Shown here in pieces: positions 37,640 through 51,600 of a DNA stretch of 64,000 nucleotides. The position numbers and the translations under genes were made by a program. Source of the stretch: Squalus acanthias (lineage: Eukaryota); contig CM059432.1 in NCBI GenBank assembly GCA_030390025.1, positions 97,776,001 through 97,840,000 of the forward strand, read 5' to 3'. The notes beneath the pieces were generated by a model, which saw only the letters and a list, made by a program, of their open reading frames with translations, did not search any database and was not told the DNA's origin. How positions within the stretch are numbered: position 1 is the first letter of the stretch; each line of letters starts with the position of its first letter.

Positions 37640-39950
37640 AGGTCAGTAGTGAGAAAGGATTTTGGATCAGAAGATCAGGAAGTAGAATTAGTATGGGTGG
37701 AGATAAGAAACAACAAGGGGCAGAAAACACTGGTGGGAGTAGTTTATAGACCCTCTAACAGCAGCTATACCGTTGGATAGAGTATTAATCAACAAATAAT
37801 AGGCGCTTGTAATCTTCATATAGACTGGGCAAATCAAATTAGCAAAGGTAGTCTGGAGGACGAGTTCATGGAATGCATTCAAGACAGTTTCCTAGAACAA
37901 TATGTCATGGAACCAACAAGGGAACAGGCTATTTTTGATCTTTTATTGTGTAATGAGACAGGGTTAATTAGTAATCTTATAGTAAAGGATCCTCTGGGGA
38001 AGAGTGATCATAATATGAAATAAATTCATGTTGAGTTTGAGAGTGAAATACTTCAGCAGAAAATGAGTGTCTTAAACTTAAATAAAGCCAATTACATAGG
38101 TATGATGGGTGAGTTGGCTAAGGTAGATTGGAAAATTAAATTAAAAGGTATGATGGTAGATAAGCAGTGGTAAACATTTAAAGAAATATTCCAAAATTCT
38201 CAACGAATATACATTCCATTGTGAAATAAAAACGCCATGGAAAAAGTAAACCATCCATGGATAACTAAAGAAGTTAAGGATAGTATTAAATTAAAAGAAG
38301 ATGCTTATAATGTTGCAATGAATAGTAGTAAGCCTAAGAATTGGGAGAGTTTTAGAAAGCAGCAAAGGATGACCAAAAAATTGTTAAAAAGGGAGAAAAC
38401 AGGATATGACAGTAAACTAACATGAAATATAAAAACAGATTATCAGATTGACAGAGCTTCTACAAGTATGTAAAAAGGAAGAGAGTAGCAAAAGTAAGCA
38501 TTGGTCCCTTAGAGGCTGAGATGGGAGAAATTACAATGGGGAATAAGGACATGGCAGAGACTTTAAACAAATATTTTGTATCTGCCTTCACAGTAGAAGA
38601 CACAAAAAGCATACCAAAAATAATGGGAAACCAAATGGCCAATGAGAGTGAGGAACTTAAAGTATTTAAGATCAGTAGAGAAAAAGTACTTGAGAAACTA
38701 ATGGGACTAAAAGCCAACAAATCCCCGAGAACTGATGGATTACATCCGAGGGTTCTAAAAGAGGTGGCTGCAGAGATAGTGGATGCATTGGTTGTGATCT
38801 TCCAAAATTCCCCAGATTCTAGAATGATCCTAGCAGATTGGAAGGTAGCAAATGTAACCACTATTCAAGAAATGAGGGAGAGAGAAAACAGGGAACTACA
38901 GGCCAGTTAGCCTGACATCAGTCACCGAGAAAATGCTGGGATCCATTATAAAGGAAGTGGTAACAGGGCACTTAGAAAATCATAATATGATTGGGCAGAG
39001 TCAACATGGTTTTATGAAAGGGAAATTGTGTTTAACAAATTTATTAGAGTTTTTGAGGATGTAACCAACAGGGTAGATAAAGGAGAACCAATGGATGTAG
39101 TATATTTGGATTTCCAAAAAGGCTTTCGATAAGGTCCCATATAAAAGATTGTTATGCAAGATAAGGGCTCATGGTTGGGGGTAATATATTAGCATGGATA
39201 GAGGATTGGTTAATGGACAGAAAACAGAGAGTAGGAATAAATGCATCATTTTCCAGTTGGCAGGCTGTAACTAGTGGGGTGCGGCAAGGATCAGTGCTTG
39301 GGCCTCAGCTATTAACAACCTATACTAATGACTTAGATGAAGGGACTGTACCGGGCGTAATGTATCCAAGTTTGCTGATGATACAAAGCTAGGTGGGAAA
39401 GTAAGCGTACTGTGCACAATTTTGGTCTCCTTATCTGAGGAAGGATATACTTGCCTTACAGGGATGCAACGAAGGTACACTAGATTGCTTCCTGTGATGA
39501 GTATGCTGTCCTATGAGGAGAGATTGAGTAGAATGGATCTTTAGTCTCTGGAGTTTAGAAGAATGAGAGGTGATCTCATTGAAACCTATAAAATGCTTAG
39601 AGGGCTTGACAGGGTAAATACTCAAAGGCTGTTTCCCCTGGCTGGAGAGTCTAGAACTAGGGGTCATAGTCTCAGGATAAGGGGTCGGCCACTTAGGACT
39701 GAGATGAGGAGAAATTTCTTCACTCAGAGGGTTTTGAAAATTCTTTACGCCAGAGGGCTGTGGATGCTCAGTTGTTGATTATATTCAAGACTGAGATTGA
39801 TAGATTTTTGGGCACTATGGGAATCAAGGGATAAGGGAATAAGGCGGGAAAGTGGAGTTGATTTAAAAGTTCAGCCATGACCTTATTGAATGGCAGAGCA
39901 GGCGCAATGGGCCACATGGCCTACTCCTGCTCCTATTTCTTATGTTATTA
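37640..39950 (+). mobile_element. CR1 LINE ORF2 relic with internal deletions
   Basis: KSPRTDGLHPRVLKE and SGVRQGSVLGP; 3' UTR ends ctcctatttcttatg. Confidence 0.92.
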
Positions 39951-39994
39951 GTTCACCTGTTTTATGACTCACAATTGAAGCTCACAGCTAATTT

Positions 39995-42201
39995 GTAGTG
40001 TTTGAAAGGGAGAAACGCGAAACAGCTACTGAGATTCTCGGTTTAGGTAAGGCCGACTTGAACAGGATGAGGCAGAGACTGTCCACAGTAAACTGGGTAA
40101 ATCTGTTAATGAGTAAAATGACAGAACATCAGTGGGAGATGTCTAAAAAAAAATTGAATGTGATACAGAACCAGTTTATACCCCTGAGGGGAAAGAGCTC
40201 TACTTGCCAAAAAAAAGCCATGGACAACTAAAGAGGTAAGGGACAGTATAAAACTAAAGAAAGGGCATACAAAAATGCAAAAACTGGCACAGATCCTGGT
40301 GAATAGGAAAGCTACAAAGAACAGCAAAGGGTCACAAAACAGACAGTAAGAGCTACAAAAAAGGAATATGAAAAGAAACTTGCAAGGGATATCAAAATCA
40401 ATATGAAGAACTTTTATAGTTACACTAGGAAAAAGGGGGTGGTCAGGAGCAATGTTGGCCCCTTAAAAACTGAAAGTGGTGATATTGTCAATGACAATGG
40501 GGAAATGGTGGACAGTAGAAGAAGAGGATAGCATGCCAGAAATCCCAAGGAAACTAATATTGAATCGGTTACAGGGACTCAATAAAATTAATGTAAGTAA
40601 AATAACAGTAATGAAGAAAGTAATGGCACTAAAGAGTGACAAATCCCCAGGGCCATATAGTTTCCATCCCAGGGTTTTAAAGGAAATAGGTGAGCACATT
40701 GCAGATGCCCTAACTATAATCTTCCAAAGTTCTCTCGATTCAGGATCCGTCCCTTTAGATTGGAAAATTGCACATGTCACTCCGCTTTTTAAGAATGGAG
40801 AGAGCGGCCAGGGAATTATAGATCAGTTAGCCTAACATCTGTTGTCGGGAAATTGCTAGAGTCTATAATTAAGGATAGGGTGACTGAACACCTCAAAAAT
40901 TTTCAGTTGATCAGAGAGAGCCAGCATGGATTTGTGAAAGGTAGGTCATGCCTGACGAAACTGATTGAAATTTTTGAAGAGGTGACTAAAGTAGTGGACA
41001 GGGGAATGTCCATGGATGTTATTTATATGGACTTCCAGAAAGCATTTGATAAAGTCCCACATAAGAGATTGTTATCTAAGGTAGAAGCCCACGGAATTGA
41101 GGGCAAATTATTGACCTGGTTAGGAAATTGGCTGAGCGGCAGGAGACAGAGAGTAGGGATAATGGGCAGGTACTCTAATTGGCAGGATGTGACTAGTGGT
41201 GTCCCGTGGGGAGCTGTGTTGGGGCCTCAACTATTCACAATATTTATTAATGACTTAGATGATGGCATAGAAAATCATATATCCAAATTTGCCGATGACA
41301 CAAAGATAGGCAGCATTGTAGGCAATGTAGATGAAAGCATAAAATTACAAAGGGATATTGATAGATTAAATGAATGGGCAAAACTGTGGCAAATGGATTT
41401 CAATGTAAGCAAATGTGAAGTCATCCACTTTGGACCTAAAAAAGATAGAACAGCGTACTTTCTAAATGGTGAAAAGATAAAAACAGTGGATGTCCAAAGA
41501 GACTTGGGGGCTCAGGTACATAGATCATTAAAATGTCATAAACAGGTACAGAAAGTAATTAACAAGGCTAATGGAATGCTAGCCTTTATATCTAGAGTAC
41601 AAGGTGGTAGAAGTTATGCTGCAACTATACAAAACCCTGGTTAGACCACAACTGGAGTACTGTAAGCAGTTCTGGGCACCACACCTTAGGAAGGATATAT
41701 TGGCCTTGGAGGGAGTGCAGCGTAGGTTTACCAAAATGATACCTGGACTTCAAGGGTTAAGTTACGAGGAGAGATTACACAAATTAGGGTTGTATTCCCT
41801 AGAATTTAGAAGGTTATGGGGTGATCTGATCGAAGTTTTCAGGATATTAAGGGGAACAGATAGGGTAGAGAGATTGAAACTATTTCCACTGGTAGGGGAT
41901 TCTAGGACTAGGGGGCATAATCTAAAAATTAGAGCCAGATCTTTCAAGAGTGAAATTAGGAAACACTTCTACACACAAAGGGTGGTAGAAGTTTGGAACT
42001 CTCTTCCGTAAACAGCAATTGATGCTAGATCATTTGTTAATTTTAAATCGGAGATTGATAGCTTTTTGTTAACCAAAGGTATTAAGGGATATGGGCCAAA
42101 GGCGGGTATATGGAGTTAGATCGCAGATCAGCCATGATCTCCATGAATGGCAGAACAGGCTCAAGGGGCTGAATGGCCTACTCCTGTTCCTATGTTCCTA
42201 T
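39995..42201 (+). mobile_element. CR1 LINE ORF2 relic, different subfamily
   Basis: QHGFVKGRSCLT, YMDFQKAFDKVPH, KFADD; tail gttcctatgttcctat. Confidence 0.93.
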
Positions 42202-43579
42202 TGTCAGGATTATTGATTCTGCCAATTTATTGATGCCCTCAAATGGGTGCTAAATATGTCTATTAGAACAAACCTAGAAAATAGTAAAATGGAGATGGGG
42301 TGGGGGGGGGAAGTGGTGTTAACCAGCATTCTTAATGAGTCTGAAGAACCTAAAGTAACAATAAGTTGACTCCTCAATAATGTACCAATAGCAATTTCTA
42401 GACTAATAGGATCAAGCAAATGAATCTCCAGATGATTTCAATTATTTAACATTCAGGCATCACTTGATGTTAATTAGTCAGTCAAAAGCATGCCAACAAA
42501 TATAAAGAGCTTACTATTTACATTGAGGAATTGCATGAATTGTACAGTCACAGATATTCAAGTTCTGTCAATGCAAAGCAATGAAGAATGAAATCAGAGT
42601 CTTTCAGTGACATATGTAATAAGACATTCCTTTTTTCAAGACTGTAAAGTGCAGGAAAAAGTAATGCATGTTTGGAAGCTAATATTGTGGTACAGTGACA
42701 GCCATCTCCGTCATGTTTTATTACCCAAAGTGAACAGATTAGGCACTATGTAACAATTTTTAAACAACATGTATGAAACTTGCAGGAGTGATGCTTCTCA
42801 AGAGTCAGTGCTGGACTTGTATTAAATCATTCTGATGCCACTTGGGGAATAGCCAAGCACCTCCTAGCTGTGGACAAGTACACAGCAGGGGAGCAGTGAA
42901 AATGTGATTTGAAGATCCAATACTTAAGATGGTTGCCTGACATGACATCTGCTGCAGTATATTTAATGTCTCATTTAACTGAGTACATTTATACTTCCTT
43001 GGACTTTTCTGAATCATTTGATATCTTTACAAATTGAAACTAAATTTGTCTTACCTTTAATATCTGTGCTTTCCCTTACTGCAACTGTTAACAGTTACCC
43101 TAAAATTAATAAGCAAAATAAAATGTCATGCCTTTGATTTTGCTTGTTCTTTCCCATATCATTTTCATATTGTCATTCTTTGAGTCATGATCAGGACTCC
43201 ACTGAAATTGAAATATTTCTATTTATTATGCATTAAGTGAATTAAAAATGATCAAGAATTTGAAATTACTTATTACACCCCAGTTGGTATTGGAAGATTT
43301 CAGAGAACAGTGCAAGCAGACAGCTGCTGTTATAGTGCTCGCTTACATTATTCTTGAAGTTGTGGGAAAAGAGTTGCTCGCTTGCATTGTTAAATCCAGG
43401 CACAGCGCTGTGCTCACTCGTCTCTGACTGACAGTGACATTTCTAAAAAAAAAAGCTGACAGGACACTCTGCTCCCTTTTTCTCATTAGAAACTTAAAGG
43501 TGGCTTTGGGAGTTTTGTTTTCAAGTCTAAAAGTTCACCTGCGGATTATGCACAATGCTAGATGAGGCTACTGACACCA

Positions 43580-43735
43580 AGGACAGAAATTTCATTGGAG
43601 CTGATCCCGCTCCGCCACCGTAACTTCGGCAGAAGTGCGGAGAAACCCCAAATTACGCACAGAAATGGGGTTTGCACCGCACCTCCTGTGAAATTATGCC
43701 GGCAGAACGGGAGCAGCTTGGAGCAAATTCACCCC
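43580..43735. mobile_element. Short palindromic MITE
   Basis: Arms cccgctccgcc...gaagtgcggagaaacccca and tggggtttgcaccgcacctc...ggcagaacggga; ends ggacagaaattt / aaattcacccc. Confidence 0.65.
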
Positions 43736-44199
43736 GAGGTTTCAGTGAAATTTGTGGTGTTAAACTACAGTTTATGGCGCCAAACACCATGCTGCATTGA
43801 TACTATTTTCCAATTGGTAGCAGCCGATTTACAGGGCGCAAAGTCGGCATTACTGACTGGAAAATCAGATAAAATAGGCAAGAACTTAATTTGAATATTT
43901 TAATGAATTATGTAATTTAGCCAGCCATACAATTTCTCAACATATGTACGTGTCCAACACCAAGCCATCTACCCACCCATGTTAATAAGTGTCTAGGGTT
44001 GCTAGGGACTCAATTATATATAGAAGTTATTTTTATAAAAGTTCAGTAAGAAGATTGGTTTTCAAATTTTCAAGTAATCACTCAACCATTGTTGTGCCTT
44101 TTTTGAGCGGGGGAGTGGTGGGGGTAATTGCTAATATAATTTAGATATTCAAGAATCTCTGTGCCAATTGTAGTGCAATATTTTTCCCCAAATAGCTCC

Positions 44200-45530
44200 A
44201 GAGGGCTTCCGATGGAAATGCCCTTTATCTGTGCATTTTGGAGGAAGAGGCGGAGAATCAACAAAGGGATGCCAGGCAGAAATAACAGAGCTGACAGATA
44301 AAATGAACTGTGGTTTATTTGAAAAGCATTTGACAAGATAGCATGTAAAAGACGTGTGATCAATACAATGGCACATGGAATTAAGGGGACTGTGGCCCAA
44401 TGGCTGGAGATAGTTGGAGGACAGAAAGCAAAAGGAAGTATTTCAGACTGGAAAGATGTGATGAATTGTATTCCAAAAAGTTATTATTCACCATATATAT
44501 AAATGATCTGAAATTAGGAATTGAGGGAACAACACTGAAATTTGCTGATGACACCAAATTGAGGAAGTAGCGATGAGGATTGTGAAAGACTGCAGGAGCT
44601 AAAGCATTATTGGACGAGGTTTAAAGCAAGCTGCCGATTCGCCATCACCCGTTCTTTGTCCAGCGGTAAAAGTTAAAATGTCCCCTGGTGTGTGGTAAAA
44701 TTCTAAATTGAATAAAAAAGAGGGACCTTGGTGTGTAGCTACAAAGGTCATTAGGTGGGACAGTGCAAGTGGATAAGGCCAGAAATAAGTCACACAGAAT
44801 TCTGGGTTTTGTATCTACAAGCATAGAATACAAAAGGAGATAGTTTTGGAGACCTCGGGCTGCAGTTGGAATATTGTTTAGAGTTTTGGGCAATCCATTA
44901 TAGGAAGCATACAAAACCAATCAAAAAGATGCAATAGCAAAATACTGCGGATGCTGGAAATCCGAAATAACAACAGAAAACGCTGGAAAAACTCAGCAGG
45001 CCAGGCAGCATCTGTGGAGAGAGAAACAGAGTTAACGTTTCAGGTCGAAGACGAAAGGCCATCGACCTGAAACGTTAACTCTGTTTCTCTCTCCACGGAT
45101 GCTGCCTGGCCTGCTGAGTTTGTCCAACGTTTTCTGTTGTTATAAAAAGATGCAACCTAGATTCACTGGGATGGTGCCAGGGATGAGAGATTACAATAAT
45201 GAAAAGACTTAAGAAGTTAGGACGTTTTGACCACAGCTGAGAAGGTTGCATGCTGACCTGTTAGAGGTCTTCATAAGTATAATAGGTTACAATAAGGTAA
45301 ATAATGATAGATTGTTTCCACCAGCAAGTTGGTAGTAGGAGGGCACACATTTAATATCATAAAATGAATGAAGGGGCAGGATAAAAAAATGTGTTTAAAC
45401 AAGAGGATGGTTGGAATGTAGAAGGCTCTGCGATAAATCTTCTGCAGCAGTCTATAAATATGTTTTAAAAATAATTAGACAGTTGCTTAACAAAGAGGAA
45501 TATTAAAGAGTATGGCGAACAAAAAGGAGG
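44200..45530 (+). mobile_element. Old, highly degenerate CR1 RT relic
   Basis: aaagcatttgacaag (KAFDK) and aaatttgctgatgacacc (KFADDT). Interrupted at 44935..45143. Confidence 0.75.
44935..45143. mobile_element. Foldback Penelope-like insert with a 12-bp TSD
   Basis: TSD aaaaagatgcaa at 44923..44934 and 45144..45155. Inverted 82-bp arms at 44967..45048 and 45062..45143. Confidence 0.85.
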
Positions 45531-47370
45531 GAGTAGACCAGGTCGCTCATTTTGTTACGCGAAAGGTGTTATAAAAGTAAAAAGCTGGATGTAGTTCCTA
45601 TTGTATGAATTTGATCCTCATTCAAAAACAAATGTGATTACAATTCTGGTAACAAACTATGATTATAGAACTGGAAGAGCAAAATACTGTTCCATGTCTG
45701 GACACAATCCCTGGCTGACCAAATTTGGAAGATTTAGTCATAAGTGCTGCACTTCCAGATGGGATCAGCGACAGCTTTTCATTCCAATGGAGTTTCTTGA
45801 TTTCAGGTATCTGGGTGTTCAGATCAGCAAGAACTCTAGATCTTTATGTAAAGTGAAATTACTTCCTTTACCCTGTGGGACGGCACAGATATGTCACGTG
45901 GTGGTGGTGAGGAGAGGAGTTGATGGTTGAGGTCTAACACATCGGGAGATCAAAGGAACTGATTCAGTGATCCTCGCAAAAATGGGATTGTGATTGTAGC
46001 ATTCCCTTAATCATTCGCACAAGTAGAGAGGAGAGCTAACCTTGCTGGATTCAGTGAGGTCATCTTATTATAGTAATCCGAATGTGTTTCCCTATTTGTT
46101 TTCCATGAGTATAGGGGACACACAGAATGAAAGAGGGGCAGTGATTCATGAGTGCAGAAGCTCTTAAATAGCTGCTGCTCCATTTTAACATTACTTTGGC
46201 TGCACTGAAGGGTACGTGGGCAGAAATGTCCCGGATGAAAGAGATGCCTCAGTGGAGGGTGTATACGATATCACTTGTTTTATACCCTTGCCAAAAGTTG
46301 AAAATTCCGGCGATTGCCAAGACTATAGTAAAGATAGGCCCAGCTTTGTGTTTGTTTAGTTAAAAGAAAAACATCCTATAATAGCGCAGTAATACTTCTG
46401 AAGTCTTTGACCTTTTTAGATTGACCAAAGCAGAGGCAAAAGTAAGAAAGTTAGCGCTCGATCCCTTTTACTATTGCTCCTGCATCAAAAGTCACTGTAA
46501 GGCTTGCAGTAACACTCCCACCGGTTATCCTCAGGAAAACAAGACACATCAGGTATGGCATAGCCTCAAATGAAGCGGGTGGGTGAAAGACTGTTTAGCT
46601 TCAGCTACTTTACACGGAGCGTGGTACTGTCCCCATCACTTACACTGTCCCCGCTTTTCCCGGACAGCCTACTTCGGGCAGCTCAAGCAGCTGTTTGCAC
46701 CTGGTCAAAGTGTGATTACCTGTCATTAAATCCTAACCCCCGTGGCCTCTAGAACTCCTGCCACTGCAGCGAGCCCTTCTTGCTGGTTTGCTGTTCTGGA
46801 CCCTTCCAGCTCCGTTTTAAAATGAACGTGACGGTCTGGCCGCCTCTTAAACGGACCCGGGTCTTTAATCTCCAGCACAAGTTGCTGAGGAAGAGCTGGC
46901 AGTGAGATTTCAAAGTCCTCATCGTTATCTTAAAATCCCTCCATGATCAGTTTCCCGTTTGAATGATTACCGCGGTGTGTCTATTATCATGTGGCATTTA
47001 GGTGAATGTACACAGAACGGGAAGTGGAGAGATGGAGCATAAAGATTCCCTCACTAAGTTTTAAAAAATGATTTTTAATTTGATTATTTCTTAAATAACG
47101 CTACCACCATATACCGGCCATCGCGTATAGCGGGCAAATCACGTTCGCACGGTGGAGACTGTATGTGCATGAAATGGACTGCAAAGGAGACAAATGGAGG
47201 GTAAATGTGTCCGAAAATACTGGAGATAAGGACCTGGAGAAAAATGATGAGAGGTTTTAGAGATATCATGGGATATGGTGGTCCCTAGACATTGTGACTG
47301 GACAGATGGGCAGCAGTGATATTCTTTCATTCCCGTACATTCCTATGTTCATATGAACAATCTAATCAAT

Positions 47371-48114
47371 GGCCCAGAAATTGATCTCGCTCTGTTCCCG
47401 CGGGGGTAAGGCTTCCCCGCGATCTCTCACTCCGCGTGTGCTTTTTCAGATCCAGCTCGCACGAACTTGATGTTCCAGACATCAGCTGGGCAGTGCTTGC
47501 GTATCCCACCGGCGTAGTGAATTCGTGCGAGCTGTGGGATCACGTGACTCAGTTAGAGCCAATGGTAGCACACCATCTTTCATTCATAAGTTTCACATAC
47601 GTGCTGTGAAATCTATGAATCTTACACCCCCCCAAAATAACAGCTAAACCTCAATTAAATTTAAAAAAAAAACCATCACATTAATAAAATAAGTATAGTT
47701 AAATAAATTAACCATTTTAAATAAAAAATTAAATTTTTGAAAAAATTTAAAATCTTTTAAAAAGTTATAAAAATAAACTTACCTGTCTTTAAAGTCTCTA
47801 AAAAAGATATACCTGTTAAAAAAAATTCAAAAAAATACTTAATTCACTACTTACCTTGTTAAAAGTGGGTCTTACTCCTCCTTTTTCCATTTCTAAAATC
47901 TTCCGTACTTACCTGCGCGTCCAAAGCATGAAGTGCACAGCGTGCGCGCAGCCTGTAGCGCGCACGCGATGCACCGAGGAACCGCCCCCTTTTCAAAAGA
48001 CCAAGTGCCGGTTTTCAGCGCATGCGCAGGGCATGCAGAAAACCGGCAATTGGAGAGAGAATACGCGAGAGTACGCAGTGCGTACTCTCGCGTCGCGGGA
48101 TGAATTTTTGGCCC
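47371..48114. mobile_element. Harbinger-type MITE with CpG-rich hairpin ends and an A-rich core
   Basis: TIR ggcccagaaatt / aatttttggccc, flanks AAT/ATT. Confidence 0.75.
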
Positions 48115-50015
48115 ATTATTAGGTGAAGTCTAGAGAGAATATCAAATTGCATATAATCACATTGTACATGATCCAGGGTATCGATACTAAAACTGGGACA
48201 AAGTAAAGATATTCTATTCCCCAGCTACCTCCCACTCTCTCACCCCCTCCTTTCCCCACACACATATATTAAAAGGGTTACAACATAGATTGAGGGTGCA
48301 CTGAAGACTTTTTTTTTTACAATCGTGTGATTCAAATCCCAGCCACACAAGTTGTTTTCTTTCTTTCTGGCACAGGTTCGGATTCAGAAACACCTGAGCA
48401 AAAGTGGAGATGTGTGAATTAACAAGTTAATAAAGGGTAGCTTTAATCATGCAACCCATGAGCCTTATAATTTTAAACATTTCTACTTCTAATTGCATTC
48501 ATTAAGCACTTTTACTCAGAGTGACTCAGAGCCATAACAGGAATGGACTTCTGCCCTTCATCTCAGATGCAAAATGAGTCCTAAAGGTCACATTATCCTG
48601 CTCATTAACTTTAATAACAATCACAATGGATTCTGACACAGTAAAGCACTTCAGCAACATACTTAATGCAAATAAACTGCGATGAAGCTTAATGGCATTT
48701 GACACTTAATAACTTTCCATTTTACCTTTGGTTCGCCTTGATCAAAGAAAGTTTCATCCCAAATCAGTACCTCGGCCATGGCATTTCTGGCATCATGACC
48801 ATTGATTGGACACATTGTCCTTGGTTTGTTCAATGAAGGCAATTCTGCACAATGTTACTTTATCCACCCACTAATCGACATTTGACTGGACTTTACTATG
48901 CAAATGTATTTGAATAATCAGGCAGTGTCTGAAATATAAATTGATATATTTATCTACAGTCTGCACACTGTACTCCTTAATACTTGAAATATGTATTCAA
49001 GATGAGATGTGATTTCTTTAGGTTTGTGGAATTAAAGGCAGTTTGTTATCAGCTTTGATTTTCAATTTGCAGGGTTTCGGGGATAATATGTACAAAGACA
49101 TTTTCAGTACTTTATTTCTTTTTAGCACGAATGAAAATTAAAAATATCACTGTTGCAAAATTATTTTCTACTTGTTGTACCCAATGTTAGAATCAAACAC
49201 TCCAAGGGTAGGCACGATAAGCATCCTTCCGAATCTCAGCCACGGCCCGGTAATTCAACAGCTTCCTCCGGTCTCCTTTCATAAGTCTAGCAGGGCACTG
49301 GTGGAATCCACAGGGAAATAGTGTAAGCGGCTGAAAAAGGTCTTTTATACTATTTCTCTGGGGTTCTGTCAGTCTCCTGCCATAGTTACGCCAAGAGGCC
49401 GGGAGAGCCCCAGAAGAATATGTTTAAACCCAAACTTAGATGATCACTCTCGCTACAAAATGGTGGCGTTTGTGGTTCTCATAACAATCATCCCAATTAT
49501 TCATAGCCACCTGTGAATGAGCTATTAGTGTAATACTGAATTATGAGCAGTTTATTTACTGTTGGTTCCTACTCATTTGGAGCTGGTTGAGACTTCCCAA
49601 ACTTCACTTAGGGTTCTTGAGCTGTCATTTATGAGAACAGTAGAGCTGGATGCACACCTGGGTCCATAGGTCACCATCTTTTCATATCTTCACACTCTTC
49701 CCTTGGAGAATAGCATGAAAGTGTGAAGTTGTGGAAGTATTAACAGTCTGATAGGCCACGACGTGAAGACTCTCTCCATGTTTTATACCAGTCTATATAG
49801 CAGAAAGGTTTTATGGGCTCCTAAAACCCATATGATGAGAAGGGGGCCACTTACACCCATCAGAAGTGAGTATCCCACTGGATATCAACCCAGAATTCAG
49901 AACCAGAGCTCCGGTTTCCACTCGCCTGGACTGTCTGGAGTGGGGTTTGAACCTGGCATCTTCTGGCTCAGAGACGGGAATGCTACCACTAAGGTTCCAG
50001 AGTTAAAAGGTCAGT

Positions 50016-50565
50016 AGGGTCTAAATTTATCATTGCCCATTTAATGGGCCTAAAGTGGGCGCAACAATAACCAATTTTGCTGTGTATGAGGCCCGAGCCC
50101 GATCTGCTAAATTATTTGGGGCCTTTATGTAGCCAGCCCTGGCAATTGCCTGAAGTGAGTGCAGGTCTCATTTCAGTATTTCAGTGTGCTCATTTCAGAT
50201 CCAGACTCCTAAATTCGCTTGCCCTAGTCGGAGCTTGCTCAAAAAAAGCCCCAAACCTATTTTGTGGAATCGGAAGGAGCAGGAGTGCTCCTCCTAGCTC
50301 CAGGAAACAACTGCGGGCCACTACCGACCTGCTCTCATACTCCTTATCGCCCCCCTCCTGATCGGCTTCCCCATCCTGACTTACCTCTGGGCCTAGGCGC
50401 AGGCCGCAATTCACGAGGCACCGAAAGGTGAGCTGCATCAGGGCGCCTAATTTATTCTGATGAGATCCAACGATGAATTTATTTTGGTCCTCAAGCCTCC
50501 CAGTTCTGGTGCACTATTGCTGCCCGAAGTGCGCCTGGTTTCAAACACTAAGAAATTTAAGCCCC
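50016..50565. mobile_element. Harbinger-type MITE
   Basis: TIR agggtctaaattt / aaatttaagcccc, TSD AGT/AGT. Confidence 0.7.
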
Positions 50566-50789
50566 AGTGTGTTATCCAACTGCACCATTCACGCCAAAAT
50601 TTAAAAGCATAAATGTTATCAAATTTCTACAAAAAATAAAGGAATCTCGTAAAATACTGAAGGATGCCATTTTGGTGAATGTTTTTCTTTATTCATTCTC
50701 AGGATTTGGGCGTTGCAGGCAAGGTCAGCTTTTATTATCCATCGCTAAAAGCCCTGAGAAGATAATGGCAGGGCTTGTACACAAATGTA

Positions 50790-51600
50790 AACATAGGAAT
50801 AGGAGTAGGCCATTCAGACCCTCGAGCCTGTTCTGCCATTCAATTAGATCATGACTGATCTGTATCTTAACTCCAACTACCTGCGTTGGTTCCGTAACCC
50901 TTAATACCCTTGCCTAACAAAAATCTATTTGAATCATAGAATGGTTACAGCACGGAAGGAGGCCATTCGGCCCGTTGAGCCCGTGCCGGCTCTCTGCAAG
51001 AGCACTTCAGCTAGTCCCACTCCCCCGCCCTTTCTCCGTAGCCCTGTAAATTGTTTTCCTTCAGGTACTTATCCAATTCCCTTTTGAAAGCCACGATTGA
51101 GTCTGCCTCCACCACCCTTTCAGGCAGTGCATTCCAGTTTTGAAATTTTCGATTGACCTAGCCTCAACAGCTATTTGGGGGAGACAGTTCCAGATTTCCA
51201 CTACCCTTGTGTGAAGAAGTGCTTCCTGACATCACCTCTGAATGGCCGAGCTCTAATTTTAAGGTTATGCCCCCTTGTTCTGGACACCCCCACCAGAGGA
51301 AATAGTTTCTTTCTATCTACCCTATCAACTCCTTTAATCACCTTAAACACCTGAACTAGATCACCCCTTAATCTTCTATACGCAATGGAATAGAAGCCTT
51401 GCCTATGCAACCTGTTCTCATAGTGTAAACCCTTTTAGCCCCGGTATCATTCTGGTGAATTTGCGCTGCACCCCCTCCAAGGCCAATATAACTAACCTTC
51501 CTGAGGTGTGGTGTCCCGAACCGAATGCAGTACTCTACATGAAGTCTAACTAGAGCTCTATACAACTGCAGCATAAATTCTATCCCTTTGTATACCAGCC
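50790..51600 (-). mobile_element. CR1 3' fragment with a second CR1 3' piece nested at about 50931..51137
   Basis: LYRALVRLHVEYC and SRTRGHNLKIRARPF. Two different 3' tails are present (cataggaatagg and gaatcatagaat). Confidence 0.85.
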
